This document shows positions 20,826 through 30,548 of a stretch of DNA of 61,514 nucleotides, piece after piece. Numbering within the stretch: the first letter of the stretch is position 1; every line of letters begins with the position of its first letter. The translations under genes and the position numbers were made by a program. The notes under the pieces are model-generated. The model did not search any database. It worked only from the letters and a program-made list of their open reading frames with translations, and was not told the origin of the DNA. Source of the stretch: an uncultured Candidatus Saccharibacteria bacterium (GTDB lineage Bacteria > Patescibacteriota > Minisyncoccia > Portnoybacterales > UBA2143); assembly GCA_964548405.1 (NCBI GenBank), contig CAZJPW010000003.1, positions 1 through 61,514 on the forward strand, given 5' to 3'.

Positions 20826-22272
20826 TATGTCCAGAGTTTTATTAATCAATCCTCCGTTTAATATTAATAAAGAAAATTATGACAGTTCTATTTCTGTAGG
20901 ACTTTTGAGTATTGCTAGTTATTTAGATTCTCATGATATTAAAGTGGAAATTATTGATGGAGTAAGACAAAAAGATTATTTAAAATTAATTAGAGGAAAA
21001 ATAGGAGATTGCGATTATGCTGGAATTTCAGTAATGACTACTCAAATTCCTGATGCTTTGGAAGTGAGTAGATTAATTAGAGAATTAAATCCAGACTGCA
21101 AGATTGTCTGGGGTGGTCCTCATCCAAGTTTTTTTATAAAACAAACAGCTCAGCATGATTTAGTTGATTTGGTTGGCTATGGTGAAGGCGAGATTACGAT
21201 GACAGAACTTGTTCAGGGAAAATCTTTAACTGATGTTAAAGGGATTGCTTATTCAAAAAATAATCAAATAGTTATTAACGATGCCCAGCCTTTACATGAT
21301 CCAGGACAAACAGGTTTGTTTAATTGGGAGTTAGTCTCAGAGGAAGTTTTAAAAAATCTGCATTTAGTTCCTTCTTTGACTTCGCGCGGCTGTCCTCATC
21401 GCTGTACTTTTTGCATCAACGCTATTTTAAAGAATTGTTGGCGACCAAGGACAACAGAGCAAGTTTTGGAAGATTTGGAAATCATTCAAAGCAAAGATTG
21501 CTTTAAAGGTAAAAAATTGCGCTTTTGGGATGAAAATTTTTTTGTAGATATTAGCCGGGCCAAAGAGGTGATTAATGGCATAATTGAAAAAAGATTAATT
21601 ATTCCCTGGGAGACAACTGTCCGGGCTAATTATTTAAGAGAGGGTATGATAGATGAAAGGTTTATTAAAAAACTTAAAGAGTCTGGTTGCTATTTATTGT
21701 CTTTTGGCGCAGAATCAGGCTGTCCTCGGATTTTAAAAAAGATTAAAAAGGATATTATGCCTCAAGATGTGATTAATTCGGCTAAGATGTGCTTGAAATA
21801 TGACATTATTCCCCAATATTCTTTTATGGCTGGCTTACCGGGCGAAACCAGAGACGATGTTATGGAAACATTAAAATTAATTGATCAATTAGTTAAATTA
21901 AGCGATAAGGTTCAAATTTTAGGGCCACAGGCTTTTCGGCCTTATCCTGGTTCCGAACTTTATCAAGAGTGTTTAGCTGCTGGTTGGCAAGAGCCTAATT
22001 CTTTAGATAAGTGGGAAGAGACTACCAAAAATGAATTAAATTATTTAGATGTTCAGAAATTCCCTTGGCTAGATAATCCTGCTTTTATAGAATCATTAGA
22101 AGCTTATGTTCGCTTTGGCGCTCATTCAATCAAAAGCGCTATGGGTTCAACTGTTAAGGCGACTAAGTGGTTCAAGCTTCCTTTTGTCTTATTAGCTAAA
22201 TTAAGGTGGAAATTAAAGTTTTTCAGTTTTCCCTGGGAGTATAAATTAGCTAAGAAGTTTATTAGTCGATGA
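20812..22272 (+). CDS. B12-binding-domain radical SAM protein (class B type) no. 1
   Basis: WGGPHPS, YGEGE, SRGCPHRCTFC, FGAESG. Confidence 0.9.
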   Translation: MRSYNMSRVLLINPPFNINKENYDSSISVGLLSIASYLDSHDIKVEIIDGVRQKDYLKLIRGKIGDCDYAGISVMTTQIPDALEVSRLIRELNPDCKIVWGGPHPSFFIKQTAQHDLVDLVGYGEGEITMTELVQGKSLTDVKGIAYSKNNQIVINDAQPLHDPGQTGLFNWELVSEEVLKNLHLVPSLTSRGCPHRCTFCINAILKNCWRPRTTEQVLEDLEIIQSKDCFKGKKLRFWDENFFVDISRAKEVINGIIEKRLIIPWETTVRANYLREGMIDERFIKKLKESGCYLLSFGAESGCPRILKKIKKDIMPQDVINSAKMCLKYDIIPQYSFMAGLPGETRDDVMETLKLIDQLVKLSDKVQILGPQAFRPYPGSELYQECLAAGWQEPNSLDKWEETTKNELNYLDVQKFPWLDNPAFIESLEAYVRFGAHSIKSAMGSTVKATKWFKLPFVLLAKLRWKLKFFSFPWEYKLAKKFISR

Positions 22273-23696
22273 TATTTCTAGTTCAAATTAACTATACCAA
22301 AGACCGATCCGAGGCAATTTTGCCTTTGGGTATTTTATCAGTAGGCAGTGTTTTGAAAAAGAACGGTTTTGAAGTAGAGTTAGTTAATATTAATGAAAAA
22401 GAGATCGATCAGGCTGTTGAATATATGATTTCTAAGAATCCGGAATATATTGGCCTTTCGGTAATGACTGGAATTCAAACAGAACACAGCGTGGCCATGT
22501 CTAAAAAAATCAAGCAAAAAAGCAGTATTCCTGTTTTATGGGGTGGGATTCATCCTTCGCTTTTGCCTCAACAATGTCTTGAATCAGAATGTATTGATTA
22601 TCTGGTTTTCGGTGAAGGCGAAGAAACAATCATTGAATTTAATAGAGCTTTAAGAAATGGAGTTTTTAAAGATATTCAGGGATTAGGATATAAAGAGAAT
22701 GGGGAAATTATGATTAATCCCAAAAGATCTTTAATTAAAAATTTAGATCAGTATCGTTTGGACTTTTCATTGGTTGATTTAGAAAAATCCATTTTCAAGT
22801 TAGATAAGTATAAAAGAGTTATTGCCTACAAAACATCTCGAGGATGCCCTTTTAACTGCGCTTTTTGTTATAATAAAGATTTTAACCAGAATCGCTGGCG
22901 CACTTGGTCAGTTGAAGCAGTCTTAGAAGATATTAATTTTTTAAAGGAGAAATATAAGATTGATGCTATTAAGTTTTATGATGATAATTTTTTTGTTAAA
23001 AAAGACAGGGCTTTAGAAATATTAAAGAAGATTGATTTGCCTTCACATACGGAAATTAGGATAGATGCAATTGATGACAATTTAGCTAAAGAATTGAAAA
23101 AATTGAGCAGTTTTGATTTATTGATTGGTATGGAATCGGGCAGTGACCGTTTGTTAAAAATGATTCATAAGAATATTACCACTGATGATATTATTAAAGC
23201 AGCTAGGACACTAGCTAGACACAATTTAAGGGCTAGTTATTCAACTATTGTTGGTTTACCTACAGAAACTAAGAAGGAGTTCAATTCAACTATAGATTTG
23301 ATGTATCAGGTTTACAAGATTCATCCTCAAGCTGGTTTTACTTTAGGCGCTTATTTGCCTTATCCTGGTTCAGAAATGTATCAGTTTAGTATTGAACAAG
23401 GCTTTATTCCTCCTCAAAAAACAGAAGAATGGGGTAAGATAGATAGATTTAGGAATAGATTTACTTCACCCTGGGTTGACGCTAAGTTGGTTTGGCGGAT
23501 TAGAGAATATTTCAAATTCTTGAGCATAAATCTAGGAATTGTTAATAAATGGCTTGAATGGCGTATCAAAAAAAGATTTTTTTCTATTCCCTTGGATATT
23601 TATTTATTAGAATTTTTGTCTGATATAGCTATTAAAGAACAAGGAGTATTCGGTAAATTTTTGAGAAAAATTCATAATTTGGTTAAAAATGTCTAA
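22269..23696 (+). CDS. B12-binding-domain radical SAM protein no. 2
   Basis: WGGIHPS, FGEGE, SRGCPFNCAFC, IGMESG. Confidence 0.9.
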   Translation: MIFLVQINYTKDRSEAILPLGILSVGSVLKKNGFEVELVNINEKEIDQAVEYMISKNPEYIGLSVMTGIQTEHSVAMSKKIKQKSSIPVLWGGIHPSLLPQQCLESECIDYLVFGEGEETIIEFNRALRNGVFKDIQGLGYKENGEIMINPKRSLIKNLDQYRLDFSLVDLEKSIFKLDKYKRVIAYKTSRGCPFNCAFCYNKDFNQNRWRTWSVEAVLEDINFLKEKYKIDAIKFYDDNFFVKKDRALEILKKIDLPSHTEIRIDAIDDNLAKELKKLSSFDLLIGMESGSDRLLKMIHKNITTDDIIKAARTLARHNLRASYSTIVGLPTETKKEFNSTIDLMYQVYKIHPQAGFTLGAYLPYPGSEMYQFSIEQGFIPPQKTEEWGKIDRFRNRFTSPWVDAKLVWRIREYFKFLSINLGIVNKWLEWRIKKRFFSIPLDIYLLEFLSDIAIKEQGVFGKFLRKIHNLVKNV

Positions 23697-24843
23697 GAAA
23701 AATAATTTAAAAATATTAACTATTAATCTGGATTATACTTTAGCTATGGACAAGCCCAATCTGGGCGATGTTCAAGAAAGAAATATTGAATATGGCCAGT
23801 ATGTTGATAAGATAATTTCAGTCACTCATTCTCCTAAAAGAATGATGCTGCGACGAAAGAAACTTTCAGAAAAGGTGGAGATTTATCCAACTTCTTCAAA
23901 AAGCCCTTATTTCTTCATTTTTGACGCCTTAAAAGCTGCTCGTGAAGTATTTCTTGATCATCAGATAGATTTGGTTTTAAGCCAAGATCCTTTTATTACT
24001 GGATTGGTCGCTTATTTAGTCACAAGAAAACGTGATTGTGCTTTTCTAATTCATTTTCATGGGGATTTTTGGGATAACAAGTATTGGCTGAGGGAGTATT
24101 GGCTTAATCCAATTTTTCTCTTATTAAGTAAATATTTAGTTAAGAAAGCTGATGGGATTAGAGTAGTTAGTTCGGGTATTAAGAAAAAGCTGGTTGATTT
24201 TGGCATAGATCAAGAGAAAATTAGAATAATTCCTACGCCAGTTAATCTTGAAAAATTTGAGGATTTTGACCAAAAGGAAGTTGGTAGTTTTCGCAAGAAG
24301 AATAACAATTGGAAAACAGTTATTAATGTCGGACGGAAAGATCCATCCAAAGATTTTAATACTTTAATTAAAGCTATTAGACTAGTCCATCAGAAATACG
24401 GAAATTTGGCTTTTTGGCAATTGGGAGCTGATCTTCGTTTAGATAGGAAAATTAAGCTGAATGATAGTATAAAATTTAGTTCTACTGATAGGCTTAGTTA
24501 CGAAGGAATAGAGGATTATTATTATGCTTCTGATATTTATGTTTCTTCTTCAAAACATGAAAGTTTGGGTAAGGTTCTGATTGAGGCTATGGCTAGCGGG
24601 TTGCCTGTGGTAGCTACAGCCACAACCGGCTCTAAAGATATTGTCGTAGATGGGGAAAACGGATTTTTGGTGCCAGTGGGCGATAGTCAAGTTTTGGCTA
24701 AGAAAATATTGTATCTTTTAAATAATCCGGATAAAGCCAAAGAGATGGGACAAAAAGGTAGAGAAATGGTTAGAAAAAAATTCGGTCGGAAAAGATTAAT
24801 TAGGCAAACTGTTAAATTCTGGGAGGATTTAATTATAAAATAA
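23689..24843 (+). CDS. Glycosyltransferase family 4
   Basis: SSKHESLGKVLIEAMASGLPVV. Confidence 0.9.
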   Translation: MSKKNNLKILTINLDYTLAMDKPNLGDVQERNIEYGQYVDKIISVTHSPKRMMLRRKKLSEKVEIYPTSSKSPYFFIFDALKAAREVFLDHQIDLVLSQDPFITGLVAYLVTRKRDCAFLIHFHGDFWDNKYWLREYWLNPIFLLLSKYLVKKADGIRVVSSGIKKKLVDFGIDQEKIRIIPTPVNLEKFEDFDQKEVGSFRKKNNNWKTVINVGRKDPSKDFNTLIKAIRLVHQKYGNLAFWQLGADLRLDRKIKLNDSIKFSSTDRLSYEGIEDYYYASDIYVSSSKHESLGKVLIEAMASGLPVVATATTGSKDIVVDGENGFLVPVGDSQVLAKKILYLLNNPDKAKEMGQKGREMVRKKFGRKRLIRQTVKFWEDLIIK

Positions 24844-24846
24844 TTT

Positions 24847-26718
24847 ATGTGTGGAATTAATGGGTTTAATTTTAATCAGCCGGATTTAATTGAAAGAATG
24901 AATAAGAGAATTCAGCATCGAGGGCCGGATCAGAAGGATTTTTATTGCACCGGCGGTTTTTCATTGGGTCATACTCGCCTTTCTATTATTGATTTATCAG
25001 ACAATGCTAAACAACCAATGTTTAATGAGGATAAGTCACTGGTTTTGGTTTTTAATGGCGAAATCTATAACTTTCAGGAATTGAGAGAAAAATTAATTAA
25101 AAAAGGTCATCAGTTTATCAGTCAGTCAGATTCAGAAGTAATTTTGCATTTGTACGAAGATTACGGTTTTGAATGCGTCAATTACTTAAACGGCATTTTT
25201 GCTTTTGCTCTTCTTGATTTAAAAAAGAAAGAATTTTTTTTAGCCCGGGACAGAATCGGAGTTAAGCCCCTTTATTATTATTTTAACCCCTCGACAAGTT
25301 CAGGGCAGGCACAGTTCATTTTTTCTTCAGAAATAAAGGCGATTTTGGAACATCCAATTAAGAGAGAGATTGATTTAAATGCTTTTAATCACTATTTCCG
25401 ACTCCATTATGTCCCTCATCCCTTAACAATTTATAAAAATATTTATAAACTTTCACCAGCTAATTATTTAATTTTTAAGAACAATCAGGTTGATCTTAGG
25501 GAGTATTGGCAGATAAATGATTTGGAGAATATCGAATCGGAACAGGAAATTATTGAACAGATTCAATTTTTAATGAAAGATTCAGTCAAGGGTCAATTAA
25601 TTTCTGATAGGCCCGTTGGAGTATTTCTAAGCGGAGGGATTGATTCAACTTCAATTCTGGGGATAGTCAACGAGTTAGGGCACAAAAAAATTAATACTTT
25701 TTCAGTTGGTTTTGATTTTAAAAGCGAGGAAAAAGATTTTAATTTTGATCTGGATATGGCTAAGAAAGTCAGCCAGGATTACCAGACTGATCATCATGAA
25801 CTTTTAATTAGCGGGAAAGATATGCTGGATAATGTTGAAAAAGTAATTTATCACTTGGATGAACCGGTTTCAAACGCAACTCAAATTGCAACTTTTCTCC
25901 TTTCTAAGTTCGCCAAAGAAAAAGTTGCGGTTGCTTTAGGCGGTGATGGCGGAGATGAGCTCTTTGGCGGCTATCCACGGTATAATTATAGTCAGCTGAC
26001 CAGTCAATGGCAAAAACTGCCAAAGTTTTTAAGAAAAAGCATTTTAGCCAATTTATCGCTTAAGGCCTTAGGAAAATATTTTAAAAAAGATAATCTTTTT
26101 GAAAAGCTTAATACTCTGCCCGGCGTGGAAAGATATTTAATATTTATGTCTCAAAAAGATAATGTTTTAGAAAGAGTTCTTAATCCAGAATATTTTAAAA
26201 AGGATTTAACCAAAGATTTCTACCAAGAAAGATATTTTAAAAAATGGTCCCAAAACGATTTTGAAAAACATTTCATGCTGACTGATGTTGAAACCTGGTT
26301 AGTTAATGAATCCTTGATGAGAACGGACAAAATGACGATGGCTTTTGGCTTGGAGGAAAGAGTTCCAATTTTGGACCACAGATTAGTTGAATTATCAGCC
26401 AAGATTTCAAGCAAGTACAAAATTAGAGGACAAGGGAAATATATTTTCAAAAAGGCAATGGAAGAATATTTGCCAGATTATGTCCTAGCTGCTCCAAAAA
26501 GAGGCTGGCTTTCTCCAGTAGCTAAATGGCTAAGAACTGATTTAAAAGATTTTACCTACGATGTTCTGTCAGAAAATTATTCTCCAACAACCGATCAATA
26601 TTTTAATTTTCCGGAAATTAGAAAAATATTAGATGATCATATTAGCGGAGAAAGATACAATCTGACTTGTCTTTGGATTTTAATCACTTTCCAGGTCTGG
26701 GCAAAACAGAATTTATGA
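24847..26718 (+). CDS. asnB: Asparagine synthase (glutamine-hydrolysing)-like amidotransferase
   Basis: MCGI N-terminal nucleophile, HRGPD, FNGEIYN, RDRIGVKPLYY, LSGGIDS, LGGDGGDELFGGY. Confidence 0.92.
   Translation: MCGINGFNFNQPDLIERMNKRIQHRGPDQKDFYCTGGFSLGHTRLSIIDLSDNAKQPMFNEDKSLVLVFNGEIYNFQELREKLIKKGHQFISQSDSEVILHLYEDYGFECVNYLNGIFAFALLDLKKKEFFLARDRIGVKPLYYYFNPSTSSGQAQFIFSSEIKAILEHPIKREIDLNAFNHYFRLHYVPHPLTIYKNIYKLSPANYLIFKNNQVDLREYWQINDLENIESEQEIIEQIQFLMKDSVKGQLISDRPVGVFLSGGIDSTSILGIVNELGHKKINTFSVGFDFKSEEKDFNFDLDMAKKVSQDYQTDHHELLISGKDMLDNVEKVIYHLDEPVSNATQIATFLLSKFAKEKVAVALGGDGGDELFGGYPRYNYSQLTSQWQKLPKFLRKSILANLSLKALGKYFKKDNLFEKLNTLPGVERYLIFMSQKDNVLERVLNPEYFKKDLTKDFYQERYFKKWSQNDFEKHFMLTDVETWLVNESLMRTDKMTMAFGLEERVPILDHRLVELSAKISSKYKIRGQGKYIFKKAMEEYLPDYVLAAPKRGWLSPVAKWLRTDLKDFTYDVLSENYSPTTDQYFNFPEIRKILDDHISGERYNLTCLWILITFQVWAKQNL
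25287..25310 (+). repeat. Small REP-like element inserted in frame in asnB (encodes PSTSSGQA)
   Basis: ccctcgacaagttcagggcaggc with CCCT...AGGG ends, lengthening the KPLYYY...FIFSSEIK loop. Confidence 0.5.
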
Positions 26719-27767
26719 AATTACTAATGATTACAAGAAAATTAGATAGTTTAGACGGCCAAACCGGGTTTGTTTTTAACTGGGTTAGAAAATTAAGTCA
26801 AAAAGTTGATCAGCTTAAAATTATTTGTCTCGAGAAAGGGGATATAAAGGGATTACCAGAAAATGTTGAAATTGTTTCTTTAGGTAAAGAAAGAGGTAAA
26901 AATAGAATTAGGGAATTTATTAATTTTCAAAGAGGCGTTTTAAAATTTATTAATAAAGTTGATGGTGTATTTTGTCATCAGAATCCAGAATACACTATTT
27001 TAGTTGCTCCATACGCAAAATTATTTAGAAAAAAGATTGTTTGTTTTTATGGACATAAAGCAGTTAATTGGAGGGTTCGGCTGATGCATTTTTTTGCCCA
27101 TAAAGTAATTACATCTAGCGAAGAGGGATTCCGAATGGATAGTCCTAAAAGGAAAGTAGTCGGTCAAGGTATTGATGCTGGTCAATTTGTACCTAATTCA
27201 GAAAAAACAAAGTTAAAAAAAGATTGGATAGAAATAATTTCCGTTGGCAGAATCTCTAAAATTAAGAATTACGAAACATTAATAAAAGCGGCTGAAATTT
27301 TGAAGAAAAAAACATTGTCTTTTAAAATTAATATTGTTCATCGAACACCCAAAGGTAAGAAACAAATAGGCTATTTCAATGAATTAAATAAGATGATTGA
27401 AGAAAGAGACTTAAATGATTATGTTAAGTTCATAGGCGAGGTTCCTAATATTGCATTAATTAGAAACTATTGGCTTTCAGATTTCAGTGTTAATCTTTGT
27501 CCAACAGGAGCTCCAGATAAAGCAGTTTTGGAAACTATGGCTTGTGGTATCCCAACTTTAGTCGCTAATGAGACGTTTAGAAAAGACTTTGGCTCTTATG
27601 CTGATCAATTAATCTTTAAGTATGGCAATGCTCGAGATTTGGCTGATAAACTTGATTATTTGATGTGCGGTGATCAATTAGAGGAAATGGGTCAGTATTT
27701 AAGAAAGCAGGTAGTTGAAAATCACAATTTAGATAATTTATTAACTGAGATAATCAAATGTTTTTAA
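26715..27767 (+). CDS. Glycosyltransferase family 4
   Basis: MKLLMITRKLD start overlaps the asnB stop (ATGA); VGRISKIKN, TGAPDKAVLETMACG. Confidence 0.88.
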   Translation: MKLLMITRKLDSLDGQTGFVFNWVRKLSQKVDQLKIICLEKGDIKGLPENVEIVSLGKERGKNRIREFINFQRGVLKFINKVDGVFCHQNPEYTILVAPYAKLFRKKIVCFYGHKAVNWRVRLMHFFAHKVITSSEEGFRMDSPKRKVVGQGIDAGQFVPNSEKTKLKKDWIEIISVGRISKIKNYETLIKAAEILKKKTLSFKINIVHRTPKGKKQIGYFNELNKMIEERDLNDYVKFIGEVPNIALIRNYWLSDFSVNLCPTGAPDKAVLETMACGIPTLVANETFRKDFGSYADQLIFKYGNARDLADKLDYLMCGDQLEEMGQYLRKQVVENHNLDNLLTEIIKCF

Positions 27768-28483
27768 AAAGGATTATTAAAGATATTCTAGCTTTGGTTA
27801 CACCCAGGCAAAAAGGGGTTCCTATTTTGATGTATCATTCTGTTGAACATAACGATACTTTACTTTCAGTTGAATTAGAATCTTTTAAAAAGCAGATGAG
27901 GTATTTAAAAGATAATAATTATCAGGTAATTAAATTATCTGACTTAGTTAATTTTTTAAAATCAGATTCACCTTTGCCTGAAAAAATTGTTGTTTTAACT
28001 TTTGATGATGGATTTAAAGATAATTATTTTAATGCCTTCCCTGTTTTGAAAGAGTACAATTTCCCTGCAACAATATTTTTGACTGTTGGTTCAATTGGAA
28101 AGGAAGTAATGACTTCTCAAGGGATCTTTCCTGCTCTTGGTTGGAATGAAATAGAAGAAATGCATGATTCTGGTTTGATAGATTTTCAACCCCATACTAT
28201 GACTCATCCAAAATTAGATCAGATTACTTTAGAAGAGATTAAATCAGAGGTTATTCAGTCAAAAGAGATTATTGAAGAAAGATTAAATAAAGAATGTTAT
28301 TTTTTTGCTCCTCCTAAAGGAAGGTGTGGCCAGGAGATTAAAGAGATATTAAGAAACGAAGGATTTGAGGCCATCTTGACTATTGAAAGAGGATTTGTTA
28401 AAAAAGGCGATAATCTCCTTGGTTTAAAGAGACGAGCAGTTAATTCAACTACGTCATTTATTCAATTTAAAGCTAATTTATGA
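27758..28483 (+). CDS. Polysaccharide deacetylase (NodB/CE4)
   Basis: ILMYHSV, LTFDDGFKDNY, HTMTH. Confidence 0.9.
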   Translation: MFLKRIIKDILALVTPRQKGVPILMYHSVEHNDTLLSVELESFKKQMRYLKDNNYQVIKLSDLVNFLKSDSPLPEKIVVLTFDDGFKDNYFNAFPVLKEYNFPATIFLTVGSIGKEVMTSQGIFPALGWNEIEEMHDSGLIDFQPHTMTHPKLDQITLEEIKSEVIQSKEIIEERLNKECYFFAPPKGRCGQEIKEILRNEGFEAILTIERGFVKKGDNLLGLKRRAVNSTTSFIQFKANL

Positions 28484-29121
28484 AAACATTTGATTTTATT
28501 AGACAAGTTTTTAAGGGTAAAAGTATTTACCGGATTCTGTTTAACTGGCAGGTTCAAGAACATTGCCAGGATTTAAATGGTAAATGTCTTGATTTAGCTG
28601 GGGGTAAAAACCCGAGTTATCATAGATATTGGTCTTTTAAAAATGATACTGAATTGATTAAAACTGATTTAAATGGTGGTTTAAAGGTGGATTTGAATAA
28701 GGATTTGCCTTTTGATGATAATTCAATGGATAATGTTTTCTTTTTTAACGCTATCTATATTATTAAAGAGCCAGAAAAACTAATCAAAGAAATTCATCGG
28801 GTTCTTAAACCAGAAGGAAATCTATTTATTGCTTCGCCTTTTATTTTTAATGAGGCCAAAGAGCCGAGCGATTACCGACGGCTGACTTCACAGGGTTTAG
28901 AAGAATTACTAAAACAAGGCGGATTTAATGATTTTAAAATTATTCCTTTTGGAGAAAGATTTACGGCTGGTGTCCATTTATGGCACAGTTTCTTTCTTTT
29001 TAACTTTATCCGTCTAATCGCTTTTACCAAAGCAATGGTTTTTGATAAATGGATTCCTAGGAAAATAAAGAAATTTCATCCTTGTCCATTAGGGTATTTT
29101 ATAATTATTAAAAAAACATGA
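28480..29121 (+). CDS. Class I SAM-dependent methyltransferase
   Basis: CLDLAGG, LPFDDNSMD, EIHRVLKPEG, DYRRLT. Confidence 0.85.
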   Translation: MKTFDFIRQVFKGKSIYRILFNWQVQEHCQDLNGKCLDLAGGKNPSYHRYWSFKNDTELIKTDLNGGLKVDLNKDLPFDDNSMDNVFFFNAIYIIKEPEKLIKEIHRVLKPEGNLFIASPFIFNEAKEPSDYRRLTSQGLEELLKQGGFNDFKIIPFGERFTAGVHLWHSFFLFNFIRLIAFTKAMVFDKWIPRKIKKFHPCPLGYFIIIKKT

Positions 29122-30548
29122 AAGTAGTATTAGCCACAGCGCCGAGGGCATTGGGGGAGATTGAGATGGCAGGTTTGCCATTTCTTGGTATTGGCTATGT
29201 TGCTTCATATTTAGAAAAAAAAGGCGGTCATAATGTTATTATAGTTGATGCCCACAGTGAAAACATTTCGGTTGAAGAAACAGTTGATAAAGTTTTGTCT
29301 TTTTTTCCAGAAGTAGTCGGTTTTACCGCCACAACTCATAATCGTCTTCAGGCTATTTCGGTGATTAAACTTTTAAAAAAGAAAAAGCCCGATTTGATGA
29401 TTATGGTTGGCGGACCTCATTTTTCTTTAAGCGATAAAAATACCTTGGAAGTTGTTGATGAAATTGATATTGTTGTTAAAAGAGAGGGAGAAATTACAAC
29501 TGAAGAATTATTAGATGTTTGGCCTAATAGAGGAAAACTAAAAGACGTTTTGGGAATCACTTATCGGGATAATAATGGAGAGGTTATTTCCAACCCAGAC
29601 AGGACTTTTTTAGAAGATTTATCTCAATTACCTTTTCCGGCTTGGCATTTATATGATTTAAGCAAATACCAGAAAAAGATTTACGGAACTGATTTCCGGA
29701 CAATTGGGGTGATTAGCGCTCGGGGTTGTCCGAATCAATGTGTTTTTTGCGATAATGCCGCTTTTTCCAAATCAATGCTTCGTTTGAGAACTCCGGAAAA
29801 CTTTGTTGATGAATTAGAGTTTTTAAATAAAGAATACGGATTTGAGGGTTTTAATTTTTGGGATGATACTTTAACAGTTTTTAAAAATCATGTTTTAGGC
29901 ATTTGTCAGGAGATTCTTAATCGGGGATTAAATATTAAATGGTATGCTCGGGCAAGGGTTAATACGGTTGACAAGGAGGTTATTAATATGATGAGAAAAG
30001 CCGGATGCCGGAGGATTAGTTTTGGTATAGAATCAGGCAGTCCAAGAATCTTGAAAGAAATTAAAAAAAATATTACTTTAGAGCAGGCTAGGAAAGCAGT
30101 CCAAATTTCATCAGAAGCCGATTTAATTGTCAGTTTAAACTTTATTGTTAATTTGCCTAATGAAACAATGGAAGATTTAAAAATGAGCGCTGATTTAATT
30201 AAGGAATTGAGGGGTTATAGGAATGTCGAAGCGAGTTATGGTTTTGCTCTAATTTATCCGGGCACGGCTATGGAAAAATTTGCCAAACAACAAGGTATTT
30301 TAGACAAAGATTTTTCCTGGAATAGTCCTTATCAAGGGAAGAAATCAAGGATTACTGGCGAAGATCCAAGTGTTCCATATATGGAGTGGTCGGGAATGGA
30401 ATTAGAAAGAGTTAAGGCCTTTATGGTTAAGAATACCAGTAGTCGAGAGGATGCTTTTAAAAAAGGTTGGCGTAAGTTGGGGAAAGTTAAAGATTGGAGT
30501 GAGTTAAAAAGTTTAATTAAAGCTGGATTAAATTATCTTAAATCATGA
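29118..30548 (+). CDS. B12-binding-domain radical SAM protein no. 3
   Basis: VGGPHFS, REGE, ARGCPNQCVFC, FGIESG. Confidence 0.9.
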   Translation: MKVVLATAPRALGEIEMAGLPFLGIGYVASYLEKKGGHNVIIVDAHSENISVEETVDKVLSFFPEVVGFTATTHNRLQAISVIKLLKKKKPDLMIMVGGPHFSLSDKNTLEVVDEIDIVVKREGEITTEELLDVWPNRGKLKDVLGITYRDNNGEVISNPDRTFLEDLSQLPFPAWHLYDLSKYQKKIYGTDFRTIGVISARGCPNQCVFCDNAAFSKSMLRLRTPENFVDELEFLNKEYGFEGFNFWDDTLTVFKNHVLGICQEILNRGLNIKWYARARVNTVDKEVINMMRKAGCRRISFGIESGSPRILKEIKKNITLEQARKAVQISSEADLIVSLNFIVNLPNETMEDLKMSADLIKELRGYRNVEASYGFALIYPGTAMEKFAKQQGILDKDFSWNSPYQGKKSRITGEDPSVPYMEWSGMELERVKAFMVKNTSSREDAFKKGWRKLGKVKDWSELKSLIKAGLNYLKS

